From Acidobacteriota bacterium (lineage in GTDB: Bacteria > Acidobacteriota > UBA6911 > RPQK01 > JANQFM01): 64,000 bases of DNA. Location: contig JBFKLX010000001.1 of the NCBI GenBank assembly GCA_041630155.1, positions 747 through 64,746 on the forward strand, given 5' to 3'. Shown here piece by piece: positions 38,473-48,319 of this stretch. The position numbers and the translations under genes are program-made. Each line of letters begins with the position of its first letter. Within the stretch, counting starts at the first letter, position 1. The notes beneath the pieces were generated by a model. It had not been told where the DNA came from. It saw only the letters and a list, made by a program, of their open reading frames with translations, and did no database searches.

Positions 38473-41238
38473 TCATGGTTTTCCCAGCGACAGCAGATTG
38501 GCGAAGATTCTGTAGGCTCCCGGGACGCCATAGGGCAGTTGCCGATGGACCGCATAGGCGAAATAAGTATAGTACCCATTGCCGAATCGGGCGATCAACC
38601 ACCCCCCCCGTTGCGGTTCCTGTCCCCGGTCCTGGGTCTCGATCATGGGTGTGTAGCCGGGGTCCCACTGGGAAAAGAATTTGGATCCCCGTTGCTCGAC
38701 CCAGCCCTCGAAATCGGCCCCTGTGATCTGGTTGGGCCGCTGGAACGCGTCGTGGCCGGAGGCCAGAATCCGGACCGGAGAATCTTCCTCCGAAACCTCT
38801 TCGGCTCCGCGCGGGAGTTCCGCAGGATGGGCCGCCCACTTGTTGGGGATGAACTCCTGCGTCTGGTAGAGGACGATCAGGTTGCCCCCATTGCGGGCGA
38901 AGTCCAGGAGGCGCTGGTTGTAAGTGATCAGATCCTGCCTCACCGCGTAGGCGCGGGTCCCGATGACGATCACGTCGTATACACCCAGGTCGCCGGTGGC
39001 CAGGTCGTTGGCCGTCAGCAGCGTGACCTGGGCCCCCAGCTGCTCGATGCCAGAGGGCACCTCGTCCCCCACTCCCATGACGTAGCCGACCCGGAGGTGG
39101 GGCGCCACCGCCACGTCGATGCCGCGAATCTCGGTGACGGCGGGGTGGTACCAGTAGCTGGTGTCATAGTCGCGGTGGCTGATCGTGTCGTATCCCTCGC
39201 GGAACTCGCGACCGCCGGTCCGTGCCACTGCCTCGACCCGGTAGAGGCGGTCTTCGAGTCGCGGAATCGAAACAGCGAAGGAGTAGTTCCTGCGTTCGCC
39301 CGCCTCGGCGAAGCTGAATGCCTGAGTGGGGGGGTTCACACTCCAGCCCTCGGGCACTTCGAGGGTCAACTGGCCGGCGGTTCCCCCCGGCTGATTGTTC
39401 AGCAGTTCGATCTGAATGGCGACCAGCCGGCGGCCGGCAGACAGCGGCACCGCCAGGTTGCGGGGTTTGACGTTGACGGCCAGGGCCGGGGCGACTTTCA
39501 GCTCTCGCGCCTGGTAGCCGTACGGCAGATTGGCCTCGCGCCGGTAGACCACCGCATCGACCTCCACCGTCTCTCCCGCGACCTGGTACGTCACAGTGGC
39601 CTGCAGCGCCGCTTTCCGGGCGGGCAGGTGCAAGTCACGCGGGGACCGGATCTGGTAGCGGTTCTCCCGGATCGAATCGCGGAAGAAATAGCGCCGGGAG
39701 ATCTCTGCGTCCAGCGGCGTCGAGACGTCGAACGAAACGGTGAAGGTCTCGCCGTTACGCAGCACGAGCACCCCCTCCAGCCCGCCTTGCACCTCCCAGG
39801 CGGAGGTGCCGTGCAGCCTGACCTGCCGGGCCTCGACGGCGATGTCGCTCGGATTGCTCGAGGTCACCTCCACCTTGAAGTTCTGTCCGGGCACCACCAC
39901 GCCCATGGTGGGATCGGGAGCGAATGGGGAGGTCTCTTCGGCCGTGCCCGCCGGGATCGCGGTGGCCCGGACCGAGAGGCCCAGCGCCGCGTGGATCGCG
40001 TCCATGAACTGCCGCTCCTTGATCAGCAGAATGAAGCGGGCATCCGGGGAGCCGGCGGCCATTTCAATGGCCTGGCGAGTCTGACTCAACCCCCGGGCCA
40101 GAAAAGGAACCACCGCCGAAGGATTTCTCAGGTCATAGGCGGAGACGGCCTGCTGGACTGACTCCTCCACCTCCTGCAACACCTGCAAGGCTCCCTGGGG
40201 CGGCTCCTGGTCCAGCAGGCGAAAGATTCCGGAAACACTGGTATCGATGCCGTCGAAAAAGCCAGTCTCCTTCTCGGGTCCCGGCCGGGTCGCGTGAACC
40301 CGTTCGAAGAACTGATAGTAGGGGCCGGTCGCGTCCCGCTTCCGGCCGCTGTTCTGAGAGCGCTGAAAGCTCAGGCCGAGAGCCGAAAAGTCCTGGTAAC
40401 TGGTTCCCAGCCAGGGACTGAAGCGGCCCGAGTCGACCCGCACTTGCCACCGCTCCTCCGGGGGGTCGGGATTGCCCCGGAAGAAGAAGCGCGGCCGCAG
40501 ATTGCTGCGGTACATCTTCAGGGGCTGCCAGGGCCGCAGGCCTTCCTCGCTGATCTGCTCCGGAAAGCGGCTCGGATCTCCAGCCGCAGCGAAGGCCTCC
40601 TGAGTGACGACGCCGGCCGTCTCGTGGTTGCCGTGGCCGTCTCGTTCCGACCCGTGAAACCGGGAAATGAGAACCAGAGGGCGGTTGATCCGGATGACCC
40701 GCACCATGTCGCGCAGCACGTTCTCCTTGCCCCAACTGTCCAGCGCTTCGGACAGGTTCTTGGAATAACCGTAGTCGATCAAGGTCGTGAAGTACTGGTC
40801 GTCGAGGCCGTAGTAACGGTCTGAGATCAGAAGCTCCTCGGTCCGGATCAAGCCCAGTCCGTCGAACAGCTCAGGACCGATGGCGTTGGCTCCCGCCTCG
40901 CCTCGATTCAGCGTCAGCATGGCCAGCCGTACCCCCCGGCCGCGGCTCAGCAAAGTCAGAACGCCGCCCTGTTCATCGTCGGGATGGGCAGTCGTGTACA
41001 AGGCGCTGGCAGTCGTCTGCAATTTCAGCAGCCGCTGCCACAGGCCTGGCGCCCCGCGGTCTGCGGGGAGGCCGTGCGGCCCGGACCTCTGCTCCGTCAG
41101 ATTCAACACCCTGTCGAGTTCCGAAGTCTCCTGGGCCCGCAACGAGCCCATCGACAGCCACGACACGATTCCGAGCAGAACAGCGGCCCCCAGGGCCAGG
41201 CGCACCCAGCGGCGAAGAGTTGCAGCGGGTTTCCTCAT
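38473..41238 (-). CDS. large secreted PIG-L/LmbE-family N-acetylglucosaminyl deacetylase domain protein with C-terminal ThuA/GATase1-like domain
   Basis: The start MRKPAATLRRWVRLALGAAVLLGIVSWL is a signal peptide. TTAHPDDEQGG is the LmbE/PIG-L zinc-binding motif (AHPDDE). Extensive beta-rich middle domains follow. The C-terminal VIVIGTRAYAV...GGNLIVLYQ region is ThuA-like. Confidence 0.7.
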   Translation of the reverse strand: MRKPAATLRRWVRLALGAAVLLGIVSWLSMGSLRAQETSELDRVLNLTEQRSGPHGLPADRGAPGLWQRLLKLQTTASALYTTAHPDDEQGGVLTLLSRGRGVRLAMLTLNRGEAGANAIGPELFDGLGLIRTEELLISDRYYGLDDQYFTTLIDYGYSKNLSEALDSWGKENVLRDMVRVIRINRPLVLISRFHGSERDGHGNHETAGVVTQEAFAAAGDPSRFPEQISEEGLRPWQPLKMYRSNLRPRFFFRGNPDPPEERWQVRVDSGRFSPWLGTSYQDFSALGLSFQRSQNSGRKRDATGPYYQFFERVHATRPGPEKETGFFDGIDTSVSGIFRLLDQEPPQGALQVLQEVEESVQQAVSAYDLRNPSAVVPFLARGLSQTRQAIEMAAGSPDARFILLIKERQFMDAIHAALGLSVRATAIPAGTAEETSPFAPDPTMGVVVPGQNFKVEVTSSNPSDIAVEARQVRLHGTSAWEVQGGLEGVLVLRNGETFTVSFDVSTPLDAEISRRYFFRDSIRENRYQIRSPRDLHLPARKAALQATVTYQVAGETVEVDAVVYRREANLPYGYQARELKVAPALAVNVKPRNLAVPLSAGRRLVAIQIELLNNQPGGTAGQLTLEVPEGWSVNPPTQAFSFAEAGERRNYSFAVSIPRLEDRLYRVEAVARTGGREFREGYDTISHRDYDTSYWYHPAVTEIRGIDVAVAPHLRVGYVMGVGDEVPSGIEQLGAQVTLLTANDLATGDLGVYDVIVIGTRAYAVRQDLITYNQRLLDFARNGGNLIVLYQTQEFIPNKWAAHPAELPRGAEEVSEEDSPVRILASGHDAFQRPNQITGADFEGWVEQRGSKFFSQWDPGYTPMIETQDRGQEPQRGGWLIARFGNGYYTYFAYAVHRQLPYGVPGAYRIFANLLSLGKP

Positions 41239-41318
41239 GGCGATCCATCCCTCCTTTGGCGCCCCCAAGTATATTCTCGGAGGATTCGACTGGCAACCAG
41301 AATTGCGAAGCAAGATCG

Positions 41319-41331
41319 AAGCGCTTAGCTG
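41319..41331. promoter_or_regulatory. candidate LacI-family operator (AAGCGCTTAGCTG) upstream of the PIG-L deacetylase operon
   Basis: This 13-mer exactly matches the one at 53275-53287, and it shares the 11-mer AAGCGCTTAGC with the reverse complement of 54633-54650. The core AAGCGCTT is palindromic with a central CG. It lies about 80 nt upstream of start 41238. Confidence 0.4.
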
Positions 41332-41464
41332 TTGATGCTACGGGGTTTTTCTCCTCGATGGGAAGGCGAGTAGACGGGTGGAGAAACCCCACATTCGGGG
41401 CTCTCAACCGGTCGTTCAAACGAAGCGCTTCGACAGCCTGGCTAAACAGCCGACCCGCCGGCTG

Positions 41465-42834
41465 TCAATTCAGGTAATCCAAGTGGGGTGCGTGAGCTTT
41501 CCGGTACTCCCGGAGAATCGCGCCGGCCTGCTCCCTGCTTTCCAGGATGGGGTTGGCGGCCAAGGCCTGCTCGGCCAGATCCCGGGACTCTTCCAGAGCC
41601 GCTCTGACCGTCAGGCGCTCGTAACGCTTGACCTGCAGGACCAACTCCCGGACCTGCTCGGGGAGGGAACCGGCGGCAAGGGGGCGGGCGCCGTTGGAGT
41701 CGATGACACAGGGAACTTCCACGGCGTCGGCCGCCTCCAGGTCCGGGATTGCTCCTTGATTGGCCACGTCCACCGGCATGACCGTCGGACGGTGGTTGCG
41801 GATGGCCCGCATGACGTCGATTGCAATCCGGTCGTAGCCGGCCGCGCTGCTGTACAGGTGCTCCCGGGCGCGGGCGATCGTTTCCTCGTCCACCCGGCCT
41901 CCGGTCTCGACGGCCATGTAGCTGGCATTGCGGCTGGCCAGGTAGCGGTCGTACGCCTCCAGGACCGACTCGGGGCGGTCCGGATGGGAAGCGACGGCCT
42001 GCGTGAGCTCTTCTTCCAGCCTCAACACCAGTTGTCCCCGTGTACTGCCTCGAGCGGTGGTCTCCCTGCGGGCTCTTTCAGGGTCGTAGTAGTAGTAGAG
42101 GTATTCCGTCGGAAGCAACTGCAGGCGGCGCAGAAAGGAGATCTCGAAGAGGGGAATTCGGTAGGCGTTGGCGAGTCTTTCGTCACTGGCCAGCAGCTCG
42201 GGCAAACGGTCCGTCCCCTGGCTCAGGATCCGGCGAACCCAGCCCAGGTGGTTCAACCCGACGTAGTCGAAGAAGGCGTTGTCCAGAGGTATGTCCAGGG
42301 CGTGCGCCAGGCTCTCGAACTGCTCTCTCGGGGTATCGCAGATGCCGACGGTCCGATCCCCCTGGCCGGCTTCGAGCAGGGCCTGGGAAATGATCCCCAC
42401 CGGGTTGGTGAAATTGAGGAGCCAAGCCTGGGGCGCGTGGCGGGTGACTTGCCTGGCGTAGTCGATCATCACTGGAATGGTGCGCAAAGCCAAACAGAAT
42501 CCGCCGGCGCCCACCGTCTCCTGCCCCAGCGTTCCGTGTTTCAGGGCTATGGTCTCGTCCTGGATGCGGCCGGCGGTACCGCCCACCCGGATGCTGGAGA
42601 CGACGAAGGAGGCGTTCTCGAGAGCTTCTTGCAGGGTCTCCGGCAGTGAGACGTTCAGCTTGCCTCCGTGGCGCCCCACCATGGCGCGAGAGACTCGGGC
42701 CGCCATCTGGCGGCGCGTCTCATGGATGTCCCAGAGCGTGATTTCGTCGATTCGGAGATCGTCCTGAAAGCGCAGGAACCCGCTCGTGAGCAAGGGCACG
42801 CGCGCGCCGGCTCCTCCGATGATCGCTACTTTCA
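41465..42834 (-). CDS. glycoside hydrolase family 4 (NAD+/Mn2+-dependent 6-phospho-glucosidase/alpha-glucosidase-like)
   Basis: The start MKVAIIGGAG is the Rossmann N-terminus typical of GH4. ...GICDTP... and ...YVGLNHLGW... are GH4 signature blocks. Confidence 0.75.
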
Positions 42835-42918
42835 TCGCTTCTCCTCTTGATGGGAGCGCCGGGGCCGGTCCGCGGAGGTGGATCGAACCAGCCAGCCAGC
42901 CTGGGGTTGGGCTCCCTT

Positions 42919-43875
42919 TCAGAACGCTTCTCGATAGACCCGCTGATACTCCTCCAACGAGGGCAGGGAGGTGACCCCTCCCGCGGCCCGTGTTGACAAT
43001 CCTCCGCAGACATTGCCCGCCTGCAGGCAAGCCGCCAGCTCGGCCCCCTCCATCCAGGCGTTCAGAAAGCCCCCATTGAATGCGTCGCCGGCGCCGGTCG
43101 TCTCGAGAGCCGGGATCTGAATGGCCGGCACATCGAAGATGTGTGCTCCCTGCCCGGCAGCGATCGCGCCCCGGCTGCCCAGTTTCACGACGACCAGGTT
43201 ACGGGGAGTCCGGAGCTTCTCGATGGCCTGCCCGACATCCTGGGCCCCGGTATACCGCAGCGCTTCCATTTCATTGAGGAAGAGCACGTCCAGGAGGCCC
43301 CAAAGACGGCGAAATCCAGCTGAAGAAATGGCTGCAGGATCCCAGCCGAGATCCCAGGAAACCGTCACTTCGGCCGACTGGAGTTGGGTGACCAGGTGGC
43401 AGAAGGGCGCCCAATCAGTGGGAGTCAGGGCGAAATGGACGTGACCGGCCTGGCTGATCTTCTCACGGCACGGGGCCGAGAGCAGGAAGCTCTCGACCAG
43501 CCGGTTGGCCCCGGGGTAGGTCAGGAAGTACCGATCGGCCCGGGTGGAGACCGCCACGGACAAGCCTGACATGGAGTTGGGCTCCACGCGGGTCCAGTTG
43601 CAGCCGACTCCCAGCTCGTCCAGCAAACTCCGCGCGGCCCGGTCCAGCGGCGAGTCACCCCAGACGGTGACCAGCGCGGCGGGTCTTCCCAGCCGGGCGG
43701 CGGCGGCCGCGGTGATGGCGGCTCCGCCTCCCGGGCTGAAAGCAAACTGCTCGGTCTTGAGTTCCTCCCCCAGCTCGGGAAGCCTGTCGAGATCATAGAA
43801 GATCAGATCGAGAAAGAAATCTCCCGCTGTCACCAGGAGGTCCCTCGCGTTGCCCGCTGTGGCGTCTTTTGTCAT
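42919..43875 (-). CDS. PfkB-family carbohydrate kinase
   Basis: FSPGGGAA is the N-terminal GG motif. TTGAGDAFNGGF is the PfkB anion-hole/DTxGAGD motif. The start overlaps the stop of the upstream TPR gene. Confidence 0.8.
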   Translation of the reverse strand: MTKDATAGNARDLLVTAGDFFLDLIFYDLDRLPELGEELKTEQFAFSPGGGAAITAAAAARLGRPAALVTVWGDSPLDRAARSLLDELGVGCNWTRVEPNSMSGLSVAVSTRADRYFLTYPGANRLVESFLLSAPCREKISQAGHVHFALTPTDWAPFCHLVTQLQSAEVTVSWDLGWDPAAISSAGFRRLWGLLDVLFLNEMEALRYTGAQDVGQAIEKLRTPRNLVVVKLGSRGAIAAGQGAHIFDVPAIQIPALETTGAGDAFNGGFLNAWMEGAELAACLQAGNVCGGLSTRAAGGVTSLPSLEEYQRVYREAF

Positions 43876-45590
43876 GGCTGCTTCAACTCGACGATGAACC
43901 GCTTGGTGGCCGCCATTCGTTCGCCCACGGCCTGGTCCTGCTGGGCCTTGAGGGTTTGGTAGCGCTGGAGCTGGAGCCGGGCCTCTTGGGTGGCGCCGGT
44001 TCGCTGCAGTGCCAATCCGAGTTTGTAGCGGGCCTGCACGTCATCGGGGCGGCTGGCTACTGCCAGGCGCAGGGCCTCTACCGCCCGGGGCCAATCCTGC
44101 TGGAATGCATGAATCTCCCCCAGCAGGAATTGCGCCTCGAATAAATCGCTGTGCTGGGAGGCCACGCGGGAGAGGATTCGGGTCGCTTCCCGCAACCCCT
44201 CCGGGTCCTGCTCCGCTGATTCTGAAACGGTGCGAAACGCCGCCAGTGCGTGATAGTAAACGGCCAGAGGATTCTGGGGCTGGGTTCGGTAGAAAGCTTC
44301 GAAGGCTGCGACGGCTTCGCCGCGCGCGCTTTCAGACTGCTCGAAGCTGAGCGCCAGCAGTTGGTAGGCCAGGGGCTGGGGGGAGATCCGGATGGCCCTC
44401 AAGAAAGCGCGAGTCGCCGCTTCGTTTTCATTCTGCCCCAGGCGCGATGCACCCAGGCCGAGCCAGAGCCGCCAGGATTGCGGGAACCGCTGGGAAGCCC
44501 GTTCGAAAACTGTCTCCGCCGTCTCCCAGTTCCAGTGGGCCAGGAATTCGTATGCCAGGGCATAGAGATTTGCTTCACTGGGTTCCAATGCAACCGCTTG
44601 CTGGTAGTGCTGGACAGCCTCAACCGGCCGGTCCAGCTGCTCGAGGATGTCTCCCATGAGGGCATGGGCTGCTCCGGTTTCCTGAAGACGAAGGGCCCGC
44701 TGCGCGTCCTCGAGCGCGCTGTGCGCGTCTCCTGCAGCCAGTCGGACGCGAGCCAGTTCGAGCCAGTTCGAGTCCGACTCGGGCTCCTGGGAGGCAGCCG
44801 CTTCCTGGAGCCGAACCGCCTCCGCGAAGAGCTGCCCGTTGAGCAGGATGGTGACCACCTGCCTCCGGACGGCCGGCTTCCTCACCAGCATGGGCTGCAG
44901 CTCGCTCAGCAGCTCCCCCAGCCGGTTCTCGCGGCCCAGGACCTGGTCGTTGGAGGCCTTCAGAAGATGGTACTCGACGCGTTCCTCGGGCACTCCTTCG
45001 AGGCCTTCCAGGACCCTTGCCGCCTCGGAATGATCCCCCAGCAGAAAACTGCAGAGGGCCAGCTGGTAGCCGTTTTCGTACAGGCCGGGCTGGGCCTGAA
45101 AGGCGCGTTCCAGATGCGGCTGGGCCTGGGCGAACGCCTCCCGCTGCAGCAGAATCGTGCCCAGATTGAAGTTGGCGGTGGGGTGTTGGGGGGCCTGCTC
45201 GAGCACTCGGCGAAACTGCGCGACGGCCTGGTCGGTCCGGCCCAGGCGCATCAGGCTGGTCCCGAAGTTGGTGCGGATGTCGACCGCGCCCGGACTCAGC
45301 TCGACCGCCCGCTGGAAATGGCTGTTGGCTTCCTCGGCGCGGCCTTCCAGATCCAGTACAATGGCCTGTAGATGTTGGATTTCGGCGTTTTCCGGGAATC
45401 GTTCTCCCAGCCCGGCCAGCAGTTCGAGCGCGGAGCTGTAGCGTCCAGCCCGGAAGTGGGTCAGCGCGGCTTGAAAATCGTCGGCTGCGCTCTGGGGGAC
45501 CTGTCCATACCCAGATCCGGCTCCCAGGCAGACCCAGAGAAAGGCGGCCGCTGCGACGATTCCCCTGGTAATGTTCGTCTCTCTCAGCAT
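43872..45590 (-). CDS. secreted TPR-repeat protein
   Basis: Signal peptide MLRETNITRGIVAAAAFLWVCLGAGSGYGQ. TPR repeats run throughout. Confidence 0.75.
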   Translation of the reverse strand: MLRETNITRGIVAAAAFLWVCLGAGSGYGQVPQSAADDFQAALTHFRAGRYSSALELLAGLGERFPENAEIQHLQAIVLDLEGRAEEANSHFQRAVELSPGAVDIRTNFGTSLMRLGRTDQAVAQFRRVLEQAPQHPTANFNLGTILLQREAFAQAQPHLERAFQAQPGLYENGYQLALCSFLLGDHSEAARVLEGLEGVPEERVEYHLLKASNDQVLGRENRLGELLSELQPMLVRKPAVRRQVVTILLNGQLFAEAVRLQEAAASQEPESDSNWLELARVRLAAGDAHSALEDAQRALRLQETGAAHALMGDILEQLDRPVEAVQHYQQAVALEPSEANLYALAYEFLAHWNWETAETVFERASQRFPQSWRLWLGLGASRLGQNENEAATRAFLRAIRISPQPLAYQLLALSFEQSESARGEAVAAFEAFYRTQPQNPLAVYYHALAAFRTVSESAEQDPEGLREATRILSRVASQHSDLFEAQFLLGEIHAFQQDWPRAVEALRLAVASRPDDVQARYKLGLALQRTGATQEARLQLQRYQTLKAQQDQAVGERMAATKRFIVELKQP

Positions 45591-45691
45591 GATGACCCGG
45601 CGACTCCTTCGGTCGGGGAGATTGGTAGTCTACGGGAACCGGGCAAAGGGCCGCAAGCTCCGGCTCAAGACCATTCACAAGGAGCAGAATC

Positions 45692-46558
45692 ATGATCGCA
45701 GCGTTGATTTCACCGGCGCCCGGGAAGACTTCGGCTGCCGCCGCCATTCTCTTGCTGCTCTTCACGAGTCCACAGGCGATGGCGCAGGAGCACCCCTCCC
45801 GGCAATTCGGTTTGCAGTTGGGAGCACGGCTCGAGGAGCACGTGCTGTCGGGCCGGTTGGCCATCCTGCCCCTGGGAGCCATGGAGTATCACGGGCCCAG
45901 CGGGCCAGCGCTGGCCGACAGCCTGATTGCCGACGGGATCGCCTCTCGGTTGGCCACCCAACTGAAGGCGTCGCTGTTTCCCGTGGTGAGCTACACGCAC
46001 TGCCCAGCGCACACGGCCGTTTTTCGCGGTTCGATCTCGGTTCGCCCGGAAACGGTGACTCGGCTGCTGGAAGACATTCTCTCGGGAATCGTGGACATTG
46101 GTTTCGACAGGGTGCTGGTGCTCAACGCGCACAATGGCAATATCGGCCCGGCCCAGGCCGCCATCTCCCAGGTCACCCGCGAGCGGCCTCAGACCCAGAT
46201 GCTGCTGGTCAGCTGGTGGGAGACGCTGCCCACCCCGGATGTCGAGGCGCTCGGACTGTTCACGTCCGGTAACGGGGGCCACGGTCACGGGGGGCCCCTG
46301 GAGCTCTCGGTGACCGCCGTGTTCGCACCCGGCAGCGTCCGGGCGGGTCTGGCGCCCGATCTTCCGGCTCTCTTCGGCCAGGCGCCTTTCCCCTACTATC
46401 TCGAGAAGAGCGACACCTCCGGCTGGCCGGGTTATTCGGGCAAATTGAGCGAGATCGATTCGGGGAAGGGGGAGGTCCTGGTCGATCTGGCAGTTCGGCG
46501 GATTCGGGACCTGGCGGAGAAGTGGCTCGCGGACGACTCCAAGCCGGGGAGCTGGTGA
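45692..46558 (+). CDS. creatininase-family amidohydrolase (secreted)
   Basis: LAILPLGAMEYHGP and LVLNAHNGN are creatininase-family motifs. The N-terminal signal is AAAILLLLFTSPQAMAQE. Confidence 0.7.
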   Translation: MIAALISPAPGKTSAAAAILLLLFTSPQAMAQEHPSRQFGLQLGARLEEHVLSGRLAILPLGAMEYHGPSGPALADSLIADGIASRLATQLKASLFPVVSYTHCPAHTAVFRGSISVRPETVTRLLEDILSGIVDIGFDRVLVLNAHNGNIGPAQAAISQVTRERPQTQMLLVSWWETLPTPDVEALGLFTSGNGGHGHGGPLELSVTAVFAPGSVRAGLAPDLPALFGQAPFPYYLEKSDTSGWPGYSGKLSEIDSGKGEVLVDLAVRRIRDLAEKWLADDSKPGSW

Positions 46559-46562
46559 CTTC

Positions 46563-48281
46563 ATGAGCTTGCTTCGGCTGCGGGCAGCCCCGGTGCTCTT
46601 GTTTGCGGTCCTGCTCTGCCTGGCAGCGGGCCCGGGCGGCGGCGCCCGCTTCATTGACGGAAGCCGGGAATCAGGGCTGAACCAGTTCAGACTCACCAGC
46701 GGTGATGCCCAGAAGCGCTACATCATCGAAGCCAATTCCTCGGGCGTCTGTCTGTTCGACGCCAACGGCGACGGACTCCTGGACGTTTATCTGGTCAACG
46801 GAGGCGACCTGGAGAGTTTTCGCGGCCGCAGGCCCTCCCCGCTCCGGCACGCGCTGTTTCTCAACCGGGGGAAACGCCGCTTCGAGGACGTGACCGAAGC
46901 GGCGGGCGTGGGAGGCAGAGGCTCCTGGGGGATGGGATGCTCGGTGGCGGACTACGACGGGGACGGCCGGCTCGACCTCTACGTCACCAACTACGGCCCC
47001 AATCTGCTGTTTCGAAATCGCCCCGACGGCACCTTTGCCGAGGTGGGCGGCCCGGCGGGCGTCGGCGATTCCCGCTGGTCGACGGGCTCGACCTGGGGGG
47101 ATTTCGACCGGGACGGAGACCTGGACCTCTTCGTCGCCAATTACATCGACCTGGACCCGGACAACCTGCCCGAGCCGGGAAGTCCCGGCTACGGCTCGAT
47201 GGGGAGCGTCCGGCTGGGCTGCCAATACCTGGGGATGAAAGTCATGTGCGGCCCGCGCGGATTGAAGGGCGCGGGGGACTCGTTGTTCGTCAATCGCGGC
47301 GACGGCCGCTTCGAGGATGCCTCGCTGCGGCTCGGCGTTGACGATCCGGAGGGGCATTACGGAATGGGCGCCCTTTGGACGGATCTGGACGGTGACGGCT
47401 ACCCCGAGCTCTTCGTGGCAAACGATTCCACGCCAAACCACCTCTACCGAAATCTCCAGGGCAAGGCCTTGGAGGAGGTGGGCCTGCTCTCGGGCGTGGC
47501 CGTCAGCGAGCAGGGAGCGGATCAGGCCGGCATGGGCGTGGCCTCGGGCGATTATCTGAACCAGGGGCGTCTCTCGCTCTACGTCACCCACTTCTCCGAG
47601 GAATACAACACGCTGTACAGAAACGACGGCCAGCTCAACTTCAGCGACGTGACGGCCGGGGCCGGCCTGGCCCGGCCCTCACTCCCTTACGTCGGCTGGG
47701 GGACCTTCTTCTTCGACTACGACTGGGACGGTTGGCTCGACCTGTTCGCCGCCAATGGACACGTCTTCCCCCAGGTCGACCGGGTCGAAAACCCCCTGGT
47801 GGCGGGCTTTCGGCAACAGCCCTTGCTGCTGAGAAATCTCGGGGAGGGGCGTTTCTCGCCGATCAGCGACATGGGAGACCCGGTAGAGGCGGCGTCCAGC
47901 CGCGGAGCGGCGGTCGGGGACCTGGACAATGACGGCGCTCTGGACATCGTGATCAACAACCAGGACTCCACGCCCACCCTGCTCTGGGGCAGTGCTCCGG
48001 AGGGGCGGCACTGGCTCGGAGTCCGGCTCACGGGCCGGCCTCCCAACCGATTCGCCGTGGGCGCCAAGGTGAGGCTGAAGGTCGGCGATCAGTGGCAGTT
48101 GCGTGAGATTCAGAGCGGGGGCAGCTATCTCTCGCACCACGACTTTCGGGCTTTCTTCGGGTTGGGCGAAGCGGTGCGCGCCGATTTGCTCGAAGTGCAT
48201 TGGCCCGCCGGGGGGCGGACTCACCTGAACGATGTCGAGGCGGACCAAATCCTCGAGGTCGTCCAGCCCGATGCACAATAG
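46563..48281 (+). CDS. CRTAC1/ASPIC-UnbV family protein (FG-GAP/VCBS repeats)
   Basis: Signal peptide MSLLRLRAAPVLLFAVLLCLAAGPGGGA. Repeats include FDANGDGLLDVYLVNG, ADYDGDGRLDLYVTNY and GDFDRDGDLDLFVANY. The C-terminus GAKVRLKVGDQWQLREIQSGGSYLSHHD...HWPAGGRTHL is UnbV/ASPIC-like. It starts 4 nt after the creatininase gene. Confidence 0.8.
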   Translation: MSLLRLRAAPVLLFAVLLCLAAGPGGGARFIDGSRESGLNQFRLTSGDAQKRYIIEANSSGVCLFDANGDGLLDVYLVNGGDLESFRGRRPSPLRHALFLNRGKRRFEDVTEAAGVGGRGSWGMGCSVADYDGDGRLDLYVTNYGPNLLFRNRPDGTFAEVGGPAGVGDSRWSTGSTWGDFDRDGDLDLFVANYIDLDPDNLPEPGSPGYGSMGSVRLGCQYLGMKVMCGPRGLKGAGDSLFVNRGDGRFEDASLRLGVDDPEGHYGMGALWTDLDGDGYPELFVANDSTPNHLYRNLQGKALEEVGLLSGVAVSEQGADQAGMGVASGDYLNQGRLSLYVTHFSEEYNTLYRNDGQLNFSDVTAGAGLARPSLPYVGWGTFFFDYDWDGWLDLFAANGHVFPQVDRVENPLVAGFRQQPLLLRNLGEGRFSPISDMGDPVEAASSRGAAVGDLDNDGALDIVINNQDSTPTLLWGSAPEGRHWLGVRLTGRPPNRFAVGAKVRLKVGDQWQLREIQSGGSYLSHHDFRAFFGLGEAVRADLLEVHWPAGGRTHLNDVEADQILEVVQPDAQ

Positions 48282-48319
48282 CCGGACTCGACTCGGAAAG
48301 CGCTCGGGAATCACGGGAC

